In this document: piece after piece, positions 9,142-20,378 of the stretch
Layout: each line of letters starts with the position of its first letter
How positions within the stretch are numbered: position 1 is the first letter of the stretch
Position numbers and translations under genes: made by a program
The notes under the pieces: generated by a model
Database searches by the model: none
The model's input: only the letters and a program-made list of their open reading frames with translations
What the model was told of the DNA's origin: nothing
Assembly (NCBI GenBank): GCA_013416795.1
Contig: RQSC01001262.1
Location: 8,585-72,584, forward strand
Origin: Prasinococcaceae sp. CCMP 1430
Lineage: Eukaryota > Plantae > Prasinodermophyta
Direction: 5' to 3'
DNA length: 64,000 nt

Positions 9142-9630
9142 TTATTTCTTTTTCCCTTCACGAAGGGTATACAAAACGCCTTCAACACGAACACCCTTTG
9201 CTTTATAAGGATCGGGTCGACGAAGGTCCCGAAGGTGAGCGCCCACAGATCCAACAATACCTGGGTGAAGACCATACAAAACAAGGGTTGTTGGACTTTC
9301 AATATGAAGCATCCAATCTTCTCCATGGGGAAGAAGAGTATCGTGAGAGTATCCAACCTTTACCCGAGTCGAACAAGGGGTTTGATCAGCTTTAAACCCA
9401 GTTCCAACAAGGTCAAAGGCTTTTCGACTTCCAACCTGAAGATGGTGAATGCTTGTTTCAAGAACACGAAGGCTTCGTGGATTGGTACACAAAAGGTTTC
9501 GCCCAGAAAGTGTAATCTCTCCTTCACAATCGACAAGAAGGGACCCGAGAGGTCCAGTGAGAAGACCATGGTGAGATCCAAACATATGAAGGCTTACATC
9601 AGGCGGAAGACTAAACACAAAGGGAGGCAT
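9142..9630 (-). CDS. rpl6: Ribosomal protein L6
   Basis: LVGTGFKA, VGYSH, RRPDPYKAKGV. Confidence 0.92.
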   Translation of the reverse strand: MPPFVFSLPPDVSLHMFGSHHGLLTGPLGSLLVDCEGEITLSGRNLLCTNPRSLRVLETSIHHLQVGSRKAFDLVGTGFKADQTPCSTRVKVGYSHDTLLPHGEDWMLHIESPTTLVLYGLHPGIVGSVGAHLRDLRRPDPYKAKGVRVEGVLYTLREGKKK

Positions 9631-9784
9631 ACGAAAGACGAAGGGTTCTCTTTGTCGGTCAGACAAAGGAGGAAAAAGAGGTCTACAAAGAATGTGTAAA
9701 AGAAAGAAAGGTTTTTTCTCTCATGCAAAAAAACAAAAATATATGAAGGTCAGAATCAAAGACCTTTCAAAGAAGAAAAGAATC

Positions 9785-10180
9785 TTATGATCCATTCACT
9801 TCAAGAAGGTGCTCCCCTCCTAGGTTCAAGATCCAAGCTTCTGTATGTGAAAGAATCCCCTGGTCAGTCGAAAGAACCTTCAGATTCCAATAGGGTGTTC
9901 CCTGATCGAGTTGGCGTGCTCGAAGGTACACTCGTTTTTGGGATTTAGAGATCCGACGAATAGTACGCAGAGCAGGTTTCCCATCCACATATCGAAGGGT
10001 TGCCACACAAAGGTTTTTTTCAAGGATCCACCCATGAAGAAGACCATGAGAGGAAAGAAGACTGAGGATTGCAGAATTTTGAGCAGTGTGCGGAAGAGAG
10101 ACCTTTGTTTGTTTCAAGGTTGCTCCTGTGCTCAGTGCGGTGACAAGAGCATCCAAAGGTTGGTGTCCAAAGTACTTCAT
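9785..10180 (-). CDS. rps8: Ribosomal protein S8
   Basis: RISK..KRVY, VLSTDQGILS..EA...LGGE. Confidence 0.92.
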   Translation of the reverse strand: MKYFGHQPLDALVTALSTGATLKQTKVSLPHTAQNSAILSLLSSHGLLHGWILEKNLCVATLRYVDGKPALRTIRRISKSQKRVYLRARQLDQGTPYWNLKVLSTDQGILSHTEAWILNLGGEHLLEVNGS

Positions 10181-10279
10181 AAAGAGAAAAGAGAGTCTGC
10201 TTCTTTGAGGGTTCAGACGAAAAAAAAAGAAAAATATGAAAAAGAAGAAAGAAAGATCAACCCAAGAAAAAGGTCTCAC

Positions 10280-10621
10280 TCAGTTTCGCTTCAAGAACCC
10301 TGGAATCTGGCCACGATTGGCAAGGCGACGAAGGCTGTGTCGACTCAACCGAGTTTTTGAAAAAACTCCACGTCCTCGACCCGTGAGTGTACATCGGTTT
10401 CGCACACGGGTTGCTGAAGTGTTGCGATCCAGAGAAGCAAGGTAAAGGCCAACCCCGTATCGATAGTCCGCTGGAAGACGAAGGTTCTTCATCAAAGACC
10501 GGAGAAGTCGACGGAAGAACCCCTGTGTACGAACCTTTTCTCGACGAAGACGGTCAGTGGTGACCTTTCCTTTTCCCGGAAGTCGAGCAATTTCATAGAG
10601 ATGAAAGCCTTTGAGTGCCAT
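10280..10621 (-). CDS. rps14: Ribosomal protein S14
   Basis: [20 protein letters not shown]. Confidence 0.95.
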   Translation of the reverse strand: MALKGFHLYEIARLPGKGKVTTDRLRREKVRTQGFFRRLLRSLMKNLRLPADYRYGVGLYLASLDRNTSATRVRNRCTLTGRGRGVFSKTRLSRHSLRRLANRGQIPGFLKRN

Positions 10622-10680
10622 AGTAGAAAAAATAAAGCCGGAGATTCTTTGAAGATTTTTGAAGGCTTTCTTTGAATGTA

Positions 10681-11259
10681 CCTTTGAACAGCCTTCTCAG
10701 GAAGGAGAGGAAATTGACGTTCCGTCAAATATCGATACCCCTCTTCCTTTGTTGTTGTTGGTGTGTGAATACACACTTGAAGGTAAAACCCTTCTTCCAA
10801 AAGAGGTTTCAAAGGCTCGAGTTCTGGACAAGAGTCCAAAGAATTCAAAGTAAAAGAAAGGTCGCCCTGAAGGTTCAATCCCGAAAGAGGAATTCCCTGA
10901 AAGGTTGGGTCCAAAGGGAAAAAAGTGTGGATGCATCGGGAAAGAAAGCTTTCAGCATACTCCCCCTTCAAAGAAAGTGTAAATCCAAGAAGGTCGTTTT
11001 TTCGAAGATGGAAAGAAGCATGATGATTTTCTGCTTGCGCACTTTCAGGGTAGATTCCTGTAAGAAAACTCATGAGTTTCAAAAAACGAATCCCTTTTTT
11101 TGGATCAGATGCCAAGGTTTTTTCTGTACAATGAAGAGAAACCTGGAGAGGGCCGGTCACCTTTCCAGTATTCAAAAGACTGTCGTACACGCACACAGTT
11201 TTTCCATGTGCATGAAGGCGAGACATCAAGGGGTAGGGTGTGTAGGCGTAGGGTGTCAT
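10681..11259 (-). CDS. rpl5: Ribosomal protein L5 (192 aa if AGG 10681-10683 terminates; standard-code ORF runs on to 10492, overlapping rps14)
   Basis: [25 protein letters not shown]; position rpl14-rpl5-rps14-rps8-rpl6 as in the spc operon. Confidence 0.85.
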
Positions 11260-11291
11260 AAAAAGCACAAAAAAAGAGAAGGTCAAATCTT

Positions 11292-11666
11292 TCACAAAAT
11301 TCGGGGTGAAAGACTGAGAATTTTCGTATGTTCACGCCGAAGTTCAACTCCTGCTTGTGTATGAACTCGGGTGCCCAAAGGCCCGCCTTGAGCATTCAAC
11401 AACACACAGGCGTTATACCCCTGGGTCACAGAACTTCCATCTGAACGTTGGGATGGTTTCAAAGTATTGACAATAACTGCCTTGTACATTGAACCAAGAC
11501 GAACTTTAGGGTTCTGAATCTTTGGACTCAAAGACCGAACACTCACAAGAATGGTGGCACCCACGCTTCCATATCCCTTTGGTTGGACTCCATAGACTTT
11601 GAGACACCGAACCTTTCGGGCTCCAGAGTTATCAACAACGTGTAGTCGACTGCCTGTAATGATCAT
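11292..11666 (-). CDS. rpl14: Ribosomal protein L14
   Basis: MI..GSRL.VVDNSGARKVRC, RSDGS, GTRV. Confidence 0.95.
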   Translation of the reverse strand: MIITGSRLHVVDNSGARKVRCLKVYGVQPKGYGSVGATILVSVRSLSPKIQNPKVRLGSMYKAVIVNTLKPSQRSDGSSVTQGYNACVLLNAQGGPLGTRVHTQAGVELRREHTKILSLSPRIL

Positions 11667-11707
11667 AAAGAGAAAAAAGAAAGGAAAAAAAGAAGGAAAA
11701 ACCCAGG

Positions 11708-12148
11708 TCAGTTTTCCGTTCCCCACTCGGCTTTTTTCTGAGAACGATCAATAAACCGAAGAGGGACTTTAAACTTTTCTGACAAAAGAGCACAGGCCTC
11801 CTGAGCTGCGGTCTTGGAAACCCGGCTCATTTCGAAAAGAACTTCTCCTTTTCGAACACGAGCAATCCAATGATGAGGGTTCCCTTTTCCCTTTCCCATT
11901 CGTACTTCTTGGGGCTTTCGTGTGACAAGGACGTCTGGAAAGACTCGAATATAGAGTTTTCCTTGACGCTTCAAAGTTCGGGTAATCACACGACGGGCAG
12001 CTTCAAGGGAACGAGCTGGAAGTTTACAAGGGTGGAGTGCTTGAATCCCATAAATCCCAAACATCAAATCTCCTGTGGTTGCAGTTTTCTGAAAGCTTCC
12101 CTTCATTTTCTGATATTTTCGAAAGGGTGTTCGTTTTGGTTGAAGCAT
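11708..12148 (-). CDS. rpl16: Ribosomal protein L16
   Basis: QPKRTPFRK, IRVFPD, EVRMGKGKG. Confidence 0.96.
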   Translation of the reverse strand: MLQPKRTPFRKYQKMKGSFQKTATTGDLMFGIYGIQALHPCKLPARSLEAARRVITRTLKRQGKLYIRVFPDVLVTRKPQEVRMGKGKGNPHHWIARVRKGEVLFEMSRVSKTAAQEACALLSEKFKVPLRFIDRSQKKAEWGTEN

Positions 12149-12266
12149 ACAAAAGAAAGAAAGGAAAAAGGAGGCAAAAGAAACCACACATACTTTCCCT
12201 CCATACGGGGAAAGGGTGAGAAAGGAAAAACCTTACGTACTAGAATGTTTCAAAAAAACCTTTCTT

Positions 12267-13919
12267 TCAAGAAAAAAATCTACAAAAGATTCTTTGGTGA
12301 GAAACAAAGTGGGAGGAAGGAAAGGAAGTCCAAAGAGAAGAGTCTACCTTTGATTCAAGGCTTTTTAAAAAGGGGTTTTTCTCTGTTGTATCCTTGGTTG
12401 GAGCAGTATGAATCCATACTTTTACCCCAATTGTTCCTCGTTTGGTATAGGCAAGAGACTGGCTATATCCAATCTGGGCAGACAAAGTACTCAAGGGTGT
12501 TGATCCAAACTTTTTGACAATGGTTTGTTTTTTCCCTCCACCCTGTTTTCCGAGGGGACCAGACACTCGAAGGCGGAGGCCAAGAATACGGTTTGAAAGA
12601 AGACTATCAGACCCGATCTGCCCTTTGAAACCTTCCTGAGAAAGGGAAGGTTGGGTTTTTGTGTACAAGGTCCCCAACCGACCTGTAATTGCACGAGGTG
12701 AAATTCGATGTTCAAAGGCAAGAGCGATTCCTTTCGAAAGAAGGTCAGGGTGGGCCAAAAGGTCTTTTGCTTTATGAAATCGAAGGTCCACACGTTGGCC
12801 ACTATAGGCTTCCAACCCTTGAAGGAAGACCCGAAGAGAGGGACCCCCAGAAAGACGACCAAAAGGTCGTCCAAGAACCCCACTTCCCTTTGTTTTTCGG
12901 ACGGGGTTTTGAGAACTCTCCTTCTGAGGCGGGAAAAAAAAGGAAGTATGTTGAAGAAGGGTGGTTTTTTCAGAAAGGGAAGGGTTCAACCCTTTCCAAG
13001 TCGATCCAGAGAGAGTTTCAAGACCAGTGTTTTCCAAAGGTTTCAGACCATGGAAAACCAAAGGTTTTTGAAGACTGGTTCGCATATGTTTCTGAATCCA
13101 CTGGGATCGATTTTTCAAAGATTGAAGGTAGGGTGTGTGAAGATTCTTTCCCAAGGTCAAAAGGCCCTGAAGATGAAAGCTTTCTGTTGAAAGAGAAAGG
13201 TTCGCCGTTTTTTGGACCTTTCCATACCCAAAGAGGTGGGTCGCACTCAAGGTTGAGGAAGGTGTGACAATCCGACGCAACTTACTTTCCTTTCGGTCAG
13301 CAAGGGCCGGATGAAGGGCTGTTTGGGTTGCTCGATATCCAAGACTCATTCGACCTTGTTCAGCGTCTGCAAGACAACTCAAGGCACTCAAAACACGAAC
13401 CCGGGAAACCAAAGAGCTTGAAGACTGAAGACTCTGAAGAGAACGATGGTCTTGGACACTTCCCTGTCCAAAAAGAAGAAGGGTTGCAAGTTCTCGATGA
13501 TTTCGTCCAACGTGGGCCAAAAGAGAACCTTCCTGACTTCGACGGAAAAGTGTGTGGGCCCAAAAGGTTTTGATTCGCTGGGCAGAAAAAGAGAATCCTT
13601 GGGAGTGGATTTGGTTGGAAGCCTTATTTTGCCGAGGCAACCGCCCTCGCTCTCGATTCTTTCGTCGATTCTTTGGTCGAGTGTCTTCAAAAAGAGTGTT
13701 TTTTGTATACAAAGTATCAATTCGCACACCGTTTGACCCGCGTCGAATAATCGAAGGTCCCGGAATACATTGAAGAGCCTTCAGATAGGCTTCAATCTGA
13801 AAACGAAGGCCTCGATCTTGAGCAAGAAGGGACCCAAAACCTTCTTTTCCTGTCCAAAGGGACTCGTGTTTTTGATGCAACCCAAGACGAAGAGAAAGTG
13901 GGTGGGTTTTTGATGCCAT
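12267..13919 (-). CDS. rps3: Ribosomal protein S3 with large central insertion (may end at AGA 12291-12293)
   Basis: KTHPLSLRLG N-terminus; GLRLRVSGPL, GTIGVKVWI C-terminus. Confidence 0.92.
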   Translation of the reverse strand: MASKTHPLSLRLGLHQKHESLWTGKEGFGSLLAQDRGLRFQIEAYLKALQCIPGPSIIRRGSNGVRIDTLYTKNTLFEDTRPKNRRKNRERGRLPRQNKASNQIHSQGFSFSAQRIKTFWAHTLFRRSQEGSLLAHVGRNHRELATLLLFGQGSVQDHRSLQSLQSSSSLVSRVRVLSALSCLADAEQGRMSLGYRATQTALHPALADRKESKLRRIVTPSSTLSATHLFGYGKVQKTANLSLSTESFHLQGLLTLGKNLHTPYLQSLKNRSQWIQKHMRTSLQKPLVFHGLKPLENTGLETLSGSTWKGLNPSLSEKTTLLQHTSFFFPPQKESSQNPVRKTKGSGVLGRPFGRLSGGPSLRVFLQGLEAYSGQRVDLRFHKAKDLLAHPDLLSKGIALAFEHRISPRAITGRLGTLYTKTQPSLSQEGFKGQIGSDSLLSNRILGLRLRVSGPLGKQGGGKKQTIVKKFGSTPLSTLSAQIGYSQSLAYTKRGTIGVKVWIHTAPTKDTTEKNPFLKSLESKVDSSLWTSFPSSHFVSHQRIFCRFFS

Positions 13920-13970
13920 AGAAGGAAGGAAAAATGGAAAAAAGATGGTTTTTGAAAAAGAAAAGAAGAC

Positions 13971-14264
13971 TCACTTCTTTTTCGACTGCTTTGGATGTGT
14001 TCCGGGTTTCCGAGTGTTTGCATACTCACCAAGGGTATGACCAACCATATTTTCAGTAATCTTTACTTGGAGAAAGGTTCGTCCAGTATACACCTGAAAA
14101 AGAGATCCAACAAAGGATGGAAGGATGGTTGATTTTCGACTCTGGGTTCGAATACTTTCCTGTTTTGCTTTTTGATCACCGAGACGGATTTTCTCTTCTC
14201 GAAGATTGATTGCTTCGAGAAGGTGAGGGTCCACATAGGGACCTTTCCAGCTTGAGCGTGCCAT
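13971..14264 (-). CDS. rps19: Ribosomal protein S19
   Basis: MARSSWKGPYVD, MVGHTLGEY..TRK. Confidence 0.95.
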   Translation of the reverse strand: MARSSWKGPYVDPHLLEAINLREEKIRLGDQKAKQESIRTQSRKSTILPSFVGSLFQVYTGRTFLQVKITENMVGHTLGEYANTRKPGTHPKQSKKK

Positions 14265-14272
14265 AGAATGAA

Positions 14273-14686
14273 TTAGACTGTATACAGGGGGGTTGGACTC
14301 ACAATGGAAAAGGAAAGTTCAACTCCATTTCCAGGAATATCCAAAGAACCCATCAAAACTTCCTGAAAAGCTTGAACATTGGTTCCAACTGGAAGAGTAA
14401 AACTGAGTGTTTGTGTATAGGTATGATCCTGCCATTTTTCTTGGGACTTTTTATGAACAAAGGGTCCTCGAAGAAGAGCGTGGGTGTGGAGAGAGTGTGA
14501 AGAAAAGCTTTCACAAAGAGAAAGGCCCAAGACTCCCCCTTGGTGTTCAAGACTTCGAACACAGTATGTGAGAGAAGACCGTGTTTTTGCATGCACGCGG
14601 ATTGTGCATTGGAAAAAGCAAGGTTCTTTTGTAGATGGAAGAAGGTCTTGAACCTGACGTTGATACGCTTGAAGACGAAAACTCAT
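14273..14686 (-). CDS. rps10: Ribosomal protein S10
   Basis: LLRGPFVHKKSQEKW resembles the S10 motif (V)LRSPHVHKKSREQF; position before rps19. Confidence 0.8.
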   Translation of the reverse strand: MSFRLQAYQRQVQDLLPSTKEPCFFQCTIRVHAKTRSSLTYCVRSLEHQGGVLGLSLCESFSSHSLHTHALLRGPFVHKKSQEKWQDHTYTQTLSFTLPVGTNVQAFQEVLMGSLDIPGNGVELSFSIVSPTPLYTV

Positions 14687-14838
14687 AAAAAAACAAAGAA
14701 AAAACCCAGATTCAGTGATCAGGTGTTTGAGAAAAAAAATCAAGAATCAAAAGGTTGATTTTTCTTTTTTCAGCAGAAAAAAAGAAAGACCAAAAAAGAC
14801 TTATCACGAATACTTGGAAAAACCAAAGAAAGAAAAAA

Positions 14839-16506
<1,668 letters not shown>

Positions 16507-16620
16507 TCAAAAAGATTGCAAACGCAAAAAAAAAGCTGGAAAACTCTCAAAGAAAGAGAAAAAAAATCTTACAGAAAAAAGAAGGAAAAACCGAGCAAAA
16601 AAAGAAAGGAAAAAGAATCT

Positions 16621-16971
16621 TCACCAATCAAGGGCACCTTTGGTCCACTCGTAGACGAATCCCACGGTCAGCACACCGAGAAAGACCATCATCACATAAA
16701 ACCCAAAGATTCCTGTGTGACTGAGAGAAAGAGCCCAAGGGAAAAGGAAGGAAACCTCCAAATCAAAGATAATGAAAAGAATGGCGACCAAGTAAAACTT
16801 AATATCAAACCGGCCTCGAGCATCATCAAAGGGCTCGAACCCACACTCATAGGCAGCTTCGGTATCAATGTCTGCTCGTCGAGGTTGACCCACAAGAAGG
16901 GAGGCAGCAAGAATAGCAAGGGCAAGAACAGCGGCAATCAAGAGAAGAACAAAAACAGAACCAAAATCCAT
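16621..16971 (-). CDS. nad3: NADH dehydrogenase subunit 3 (IR copy 2)
   Basis: Identical protein to 1811-2161. Confidence 0.97.
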   Translation of the reverse strand: MDFGSVFVLLLIAAVLALAILAASLLVGQPRRADIDTEAAYECGFEPFDDARGRFDIKFYLVAILFIIFDLEVSFLFPWALSLSHTGIFGFYVMMVFLGVLTVGFVYEWTKGALDW

Positions 16972-16981
16972 AAAAAAGATG

Positions 16982-17881
16982 TTTTTTTTCCTCTCTCCTT
17001 TTTTGTTTTCCCTTCTGAGAAAGTGGAAGAAGGGAAGAGCGTTTGCGAGTTCCTACCTATGGGAAGAGCGTCTGGGAGTTCATATGGGTAGGAAAGGGTC
17101 TCCCAGTTTTTAGACAGAAAAAAGAAAAAAGGGCTCTTTCTTCCAAAAAACATCCACGATTGCCTGAGCTTGGCGACTGTCATAGGAACATTCCCTGTGT
17201 GAGATGGTTGACTCGATTCGTGGGAAAAGCGTCTGCGAGTTCATACAGGTAGGAAGCGCGTCTGGGAGTTCAGACACAGAAAAAGCCAAGAATCTTTGGT
17301 TTCTTTTCCAGTCAGTGGGACAGAAATTTTCTTTTCTGAAAAAACTAGGTGGAAACTTGGGTTCTTTTCTAAAGTTCTTCCCCCTCGGGAATGGCTCCTA
17401 GCTTGAGCCCCGGAGTGGGAATGGTACCCACGCGAGATGGTGACTCGGTATTCCCGGAAAAAGCGTCTGCGAGTGGACACATGTGGGACTCTTTCTTCCA
17501 GAACCAACTTTTTTCAGAGAGTCTTTGTTTGGGAAGCCAAGGCTCTTTGGTTTCACCTCTATTGGCCTAAGCTTGGCTACCGAAGAACGCACGTTTCGTT
17601 TGTGAGATGGTTGACTCAATATGGGGGCGGAAGAGACAGTTTCTCTTTCCCACGGCCTTTTCTACCCTAAGCTTGGGTACTATGGCTTCTGAGCCATATG
17701 ACTAAATCGTTTGGTCGCGATAGCAGGTGAGTCGGTGAAAAGGTGGGGAAAGCGAATAAGAGTTCATACAAGTAGGAAAGGGTATGTCAGTTCATATAGA
17801 TAGGAAAGCGCATAAAAGTTCATACACAGAAAAAAAACCTTTTTTGGTATGTTCTTAAGAAAAACTCTTCCAACAAAAGTC
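16982..17881. other. 900-bp mirror copy (reversed, not complemented) of 901-1800; no functional tRNAs on either strand
   Basis: 17822-17881 equals 960->901 read backwards; 17642-17701 equals 1140->1081; 17342-17401 equals 1440->1381; 16982-17041 equals 1800->1741. Confidence 0.95.
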
Positions 17882-17896
17882 GAAGGGTTCTCTCTT

Positions 17897-18526
17897 TCAA
17901 AAGGTTTTCCAAGGAGAAGCATAATCAAAGACTCGATATTCCTGAGCGAGTTCGACAGGAGTGCTCACAACTTGTTGAAGGTCTTCGTCGTATCGAACCT
18001 CAGTAAACCCAGAGAGAGGGTAATCCTTTCGCAAGGGATGGCCCTCAAACCCATAGTCTGTGAGAAGGCGATACAGGTTTGGGTGATCCAAGGTATGGAT
18101 TCCAAACATATCCCAGTTCTCACACTCGGACCATTGGGCACTCGGATACAAATCAACCACACTCGGAAGAGACTCATGGTCATTCACAAGACAGATCACT
18201 TGAAGGCGGTGTTCCAAGGTATAGGAAAGGAGTTGGTAGACCACACCAAACCGGAGGGCTGCAGTTGGTCGATCAACCACGTTTATCGCAGTCAACGTTG
18301 TGTACTGAAGACTTTCCTCATCTCGAAGGTACCGAAGAACAACCTTCAACTGACTTGGTCGAAGGTGAATCTGAAGGTGGGTATCCTGAAGAAGGATTCC
18401 GTCCACTGAGGTTGGAAGAGCATAGGCAAGGGTAAGACCAGGTCCACCCGCAAGTTCTTGGGCTGCCTTAGGAGAAAGTTTTGAAAGAAGTCGGTCGAAT
18501 CCAGCGATTGGAAGAGTAGATGGCAT
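17897..18526 (-). CDS. nad9: NADH dehydrogenase subunit 9 (IR copy 2)
   Basis: Identical protein to 256-885. Confidence 0.96.
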   Translation of the reverse strand: MPSTLPIAGFDRLLSKLSPKAAQELAGGPGLTLAYALPTSVDGILLQDTHLQIHLRPSQLKVVLRYLRDEESLQYTTLTAINVVDRPTAALRFGVVYQLLSYTLEHRLQVICLVNDHESLPSVVDLYPSAQWSECENWDMFGIHTLDHPNLYRLLTDYGFEGHPLRKDYPLSGFTEVRYDEDLQQVVSTPVELAQEYRVFDYASPWKTF

Positions 18527-18729
18527 AAACAAAAAAACAAAGGAAAAACAAAGATGAAGGATTTTCTTTGTTGGTCAGACGAAGGGTTTCCTTGTCAGAA
18601 AGAAAAAACAAAAACCTTTTCCAAGAAAAAAGGGCTTCCGAAAAGGCGGTCAAGTATGTTTTTTTTTTAGAAGACCCTTTCTCTCGACCACCAGGATTTT
18701 CTGAAAGAGGGTTTGGGTGATCGAAAGAA

Positions 18730-18800
18730 AGGCCGTGGGCGGAGTCGAACCGCCGTTAAGAGCTTTGCAGGCTCCTGTCTTACCCCTGGACCACACGACC
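18730..18800 (-). tRNA. trnC: tRNA-Cys(GCA)
   Basis: Acceptor GGTCGTG/CACGGCC; anticodon loop CTGCAAA. Confidence 0.92.
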
Positions 18801-18813
18801 ACCTTGAAGGAAG

Positions 18814-18886
18814 GGCGGATAGCGGGAATCGAACCCGCGCTTTCTATACCACAAACAGACGCTCTAACCACTGAGCTATACCCACC
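18814..18886 (-). tRNA. trnH: tRNA-His(GTG), G-1 encoded
   Basis: Anticodon arm TCTGT-TTGTGGT-ATAGA; G-1:C73. Confidence 0.9.
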
Positions 18887-19032
18887 ACAGGAGACTTCCT
18901 CTATAAACCCGGTTAACCCTATCTATGAAGGTTGCCCAGCGACCGCCCTTTGGGAAAGGATACACATACTTGAGTATACAGGAAACCCTTTCTTTGATTT
19001 TTTTCCATTTGAAGCAGAAGAAAATCAAAGAC

Positions 19033-19104
19033 TGGAGTATAGCCAAGTGGTAAGGCATCGGTTTTTGGTACCGACATGCGAAGGTTCGATCCCTTCTACT
19101 CCAG
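19033..19104 (+). tRNA. trnQ: tRNA-Gln(TTG)
   Basis: Acceptor TGGAGTA/TACTCCA; anticodon loop TTTTGGT. Confidence 0.93.
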
Positions 19105-19147
19105 TTTCTTTCCAGAAAGGATACTTCAGATATCTTCTCTTCGATCT

Positions 19148-19534
19148 ATGCCCTCTCTTCGTCAACTTTTGAAGACTGCTCCTCGAATGAAAGCCGAGAA
19201 AAAGTCTACCGTTCCAGCCTTTGAAGGGTCTCCCTTTCGGAAAGGAATCTGTCTGAAGGTGTACGTGATCAAACCAAAGAAACCAAACTCGGCCCAACGA
19301 AAGATCACCAAGGTAAAACTTTCCACAGGAAAGACTGTGTTGGCCTATATTCCAGGGATCTTTCATACCCTTCAGGAACACTCCCACGTTCTTCTTCGAG
19401 GGGGTCGAGTCAAGGACCTTCCAGGAGTGAAATACCATTGCGTCCGAGCAAAGGAAGACTTTCTTCCTGTCTTTGAACGGCGGAAAGGACGGTCGAAGTA
19501 TGGGTGTCCCCACCCAAAGAATTATCGGAAATGA
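19148..19534 (+). CDS. rps12: Ribosomal protein S12
   Basis: [28 protein letters not shown]. Confidence 0.97.
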   Translation: MPSLRQLLKTAPRMKAEKKSTVPAFEGSPFRKGICLKVYVIKPKKPNSAQRKITKVKLSTGKTVLAYIPGIFHTLQEHSHVLLRGGRVKDLPGVKYHCVRAKEDFLPVFERRKGRSKYGCPHPKNYRK

Positions 19535-19628
19535 GGGTCCTTCTTTATCTGAAAGATGGAGGGCTTTCTTTGTCTGTCATAGGCAAAGGGTTTTCTTTCT
19601 TTGTCATAAAGGAAGGGTTTCTCGCAAG

Positions 19629-19655
19629 GTTCAGTCTTTCTCTTGCACACACACG
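19629..19655 (+). mobile_element. 3' piece of split group I intron L2500 (5' boundary uncertain)
   Basis: Ends in omega-G (19655) directly before exon 3; GTTCAGTCTTT (19629-19639) can pair with AAAGACGAAC of the 5' piece. Confidence 0.75.
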
Positions 19656-20070
19656 CGATGTCGTCTCCCTGTGTCCTCGTGCTGCAGAAGGTGCGAAGGG
19701 TTCGGCTGTTCGCCGATTAATACAGGACGCGGATGGGTTTAGAACGTCGTAAGACAGTTTGGTTTCTACCTACCGTGAGGGTACACCCTGGACTCAGACT
19801 GAGTCCAGACGTATATGTGAGAAGCTTTCACTCTAGTACGAGAGGACCGAGTGGAACGGACCTCTGGGGTGTCTGTTGTAGTCCCACTGCAAGGCAGAGA
19901 ATCTACGTCCGGAAAGGAGAAGGGCTGAGTGCGTCTGAAGCCCGAAACCAGCTTTGACACGACATATCAGCGCTGGCGGAAGACCACCGCAGAATAGGCA
20001 AACCGTGTGTCTCGGGTACACCGAAAAGCGAGTTTGTACTAAGAAGGCTCTCTACGAGTTTTTAACCCTA
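19656..20070 (+). rRNA. rnl: LSU rRNA exon 3 (E. coli ~2501 to 3' end)
   Basis: CGATGTCG, GGCTGTTCGCC, TTTAGAACGTCGT, sarcin-ricin loop AGTACGAGAGGAC; 3' end approximate. Confidence 0.93.
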
Positions 20071-20378
20071 AGCAAAAATGTATCTTTTCTTTTTCTTTCT
20101 TCCTTTCTCACTCTCTTTTCCCAGGAAAAAAAAAGTCTCTCTATCTTTCAAAAAAAGAAGAAAAAAAGAGATCTCTTGGGATGATCTTTCCATTCTTTTC
20201 ATGATTTATGTCAACCTTTGTGAAACTTTCAGGAACACGGAACAAAACAACCCTTCTTCCTGCGTCTACCGCACCCCTTTCAATGGCCCCTTTGTGGGAT
20301 GCACCCATCCAAGACACAGAAGCCTTTGGAAAAGGAGCCTTCGGACCGATGACTGAAAACCACCGACCGACTCCTTTC

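Larger units (their letters stand above)
16591..18781. repeat. Inverted-repeat arm, partner of 1-2191 (interrupted by the mirrored 900-bp block)
   Basis: Reverse-complement identity on both sides of 16982-17881. Confidence 0.95.

Noticed and set aside
17160-17760. Four repeated units CTAAGCTTGG-hairpin-GTGAGATGGTTGACTC that looked like a novel ncRNA or replication-origin family
   Set aside because: They are the T-arms, anticodon arms and D-arms of trnV, trnT, trnA and trnS read backwards inside the mirrored 900-bp block
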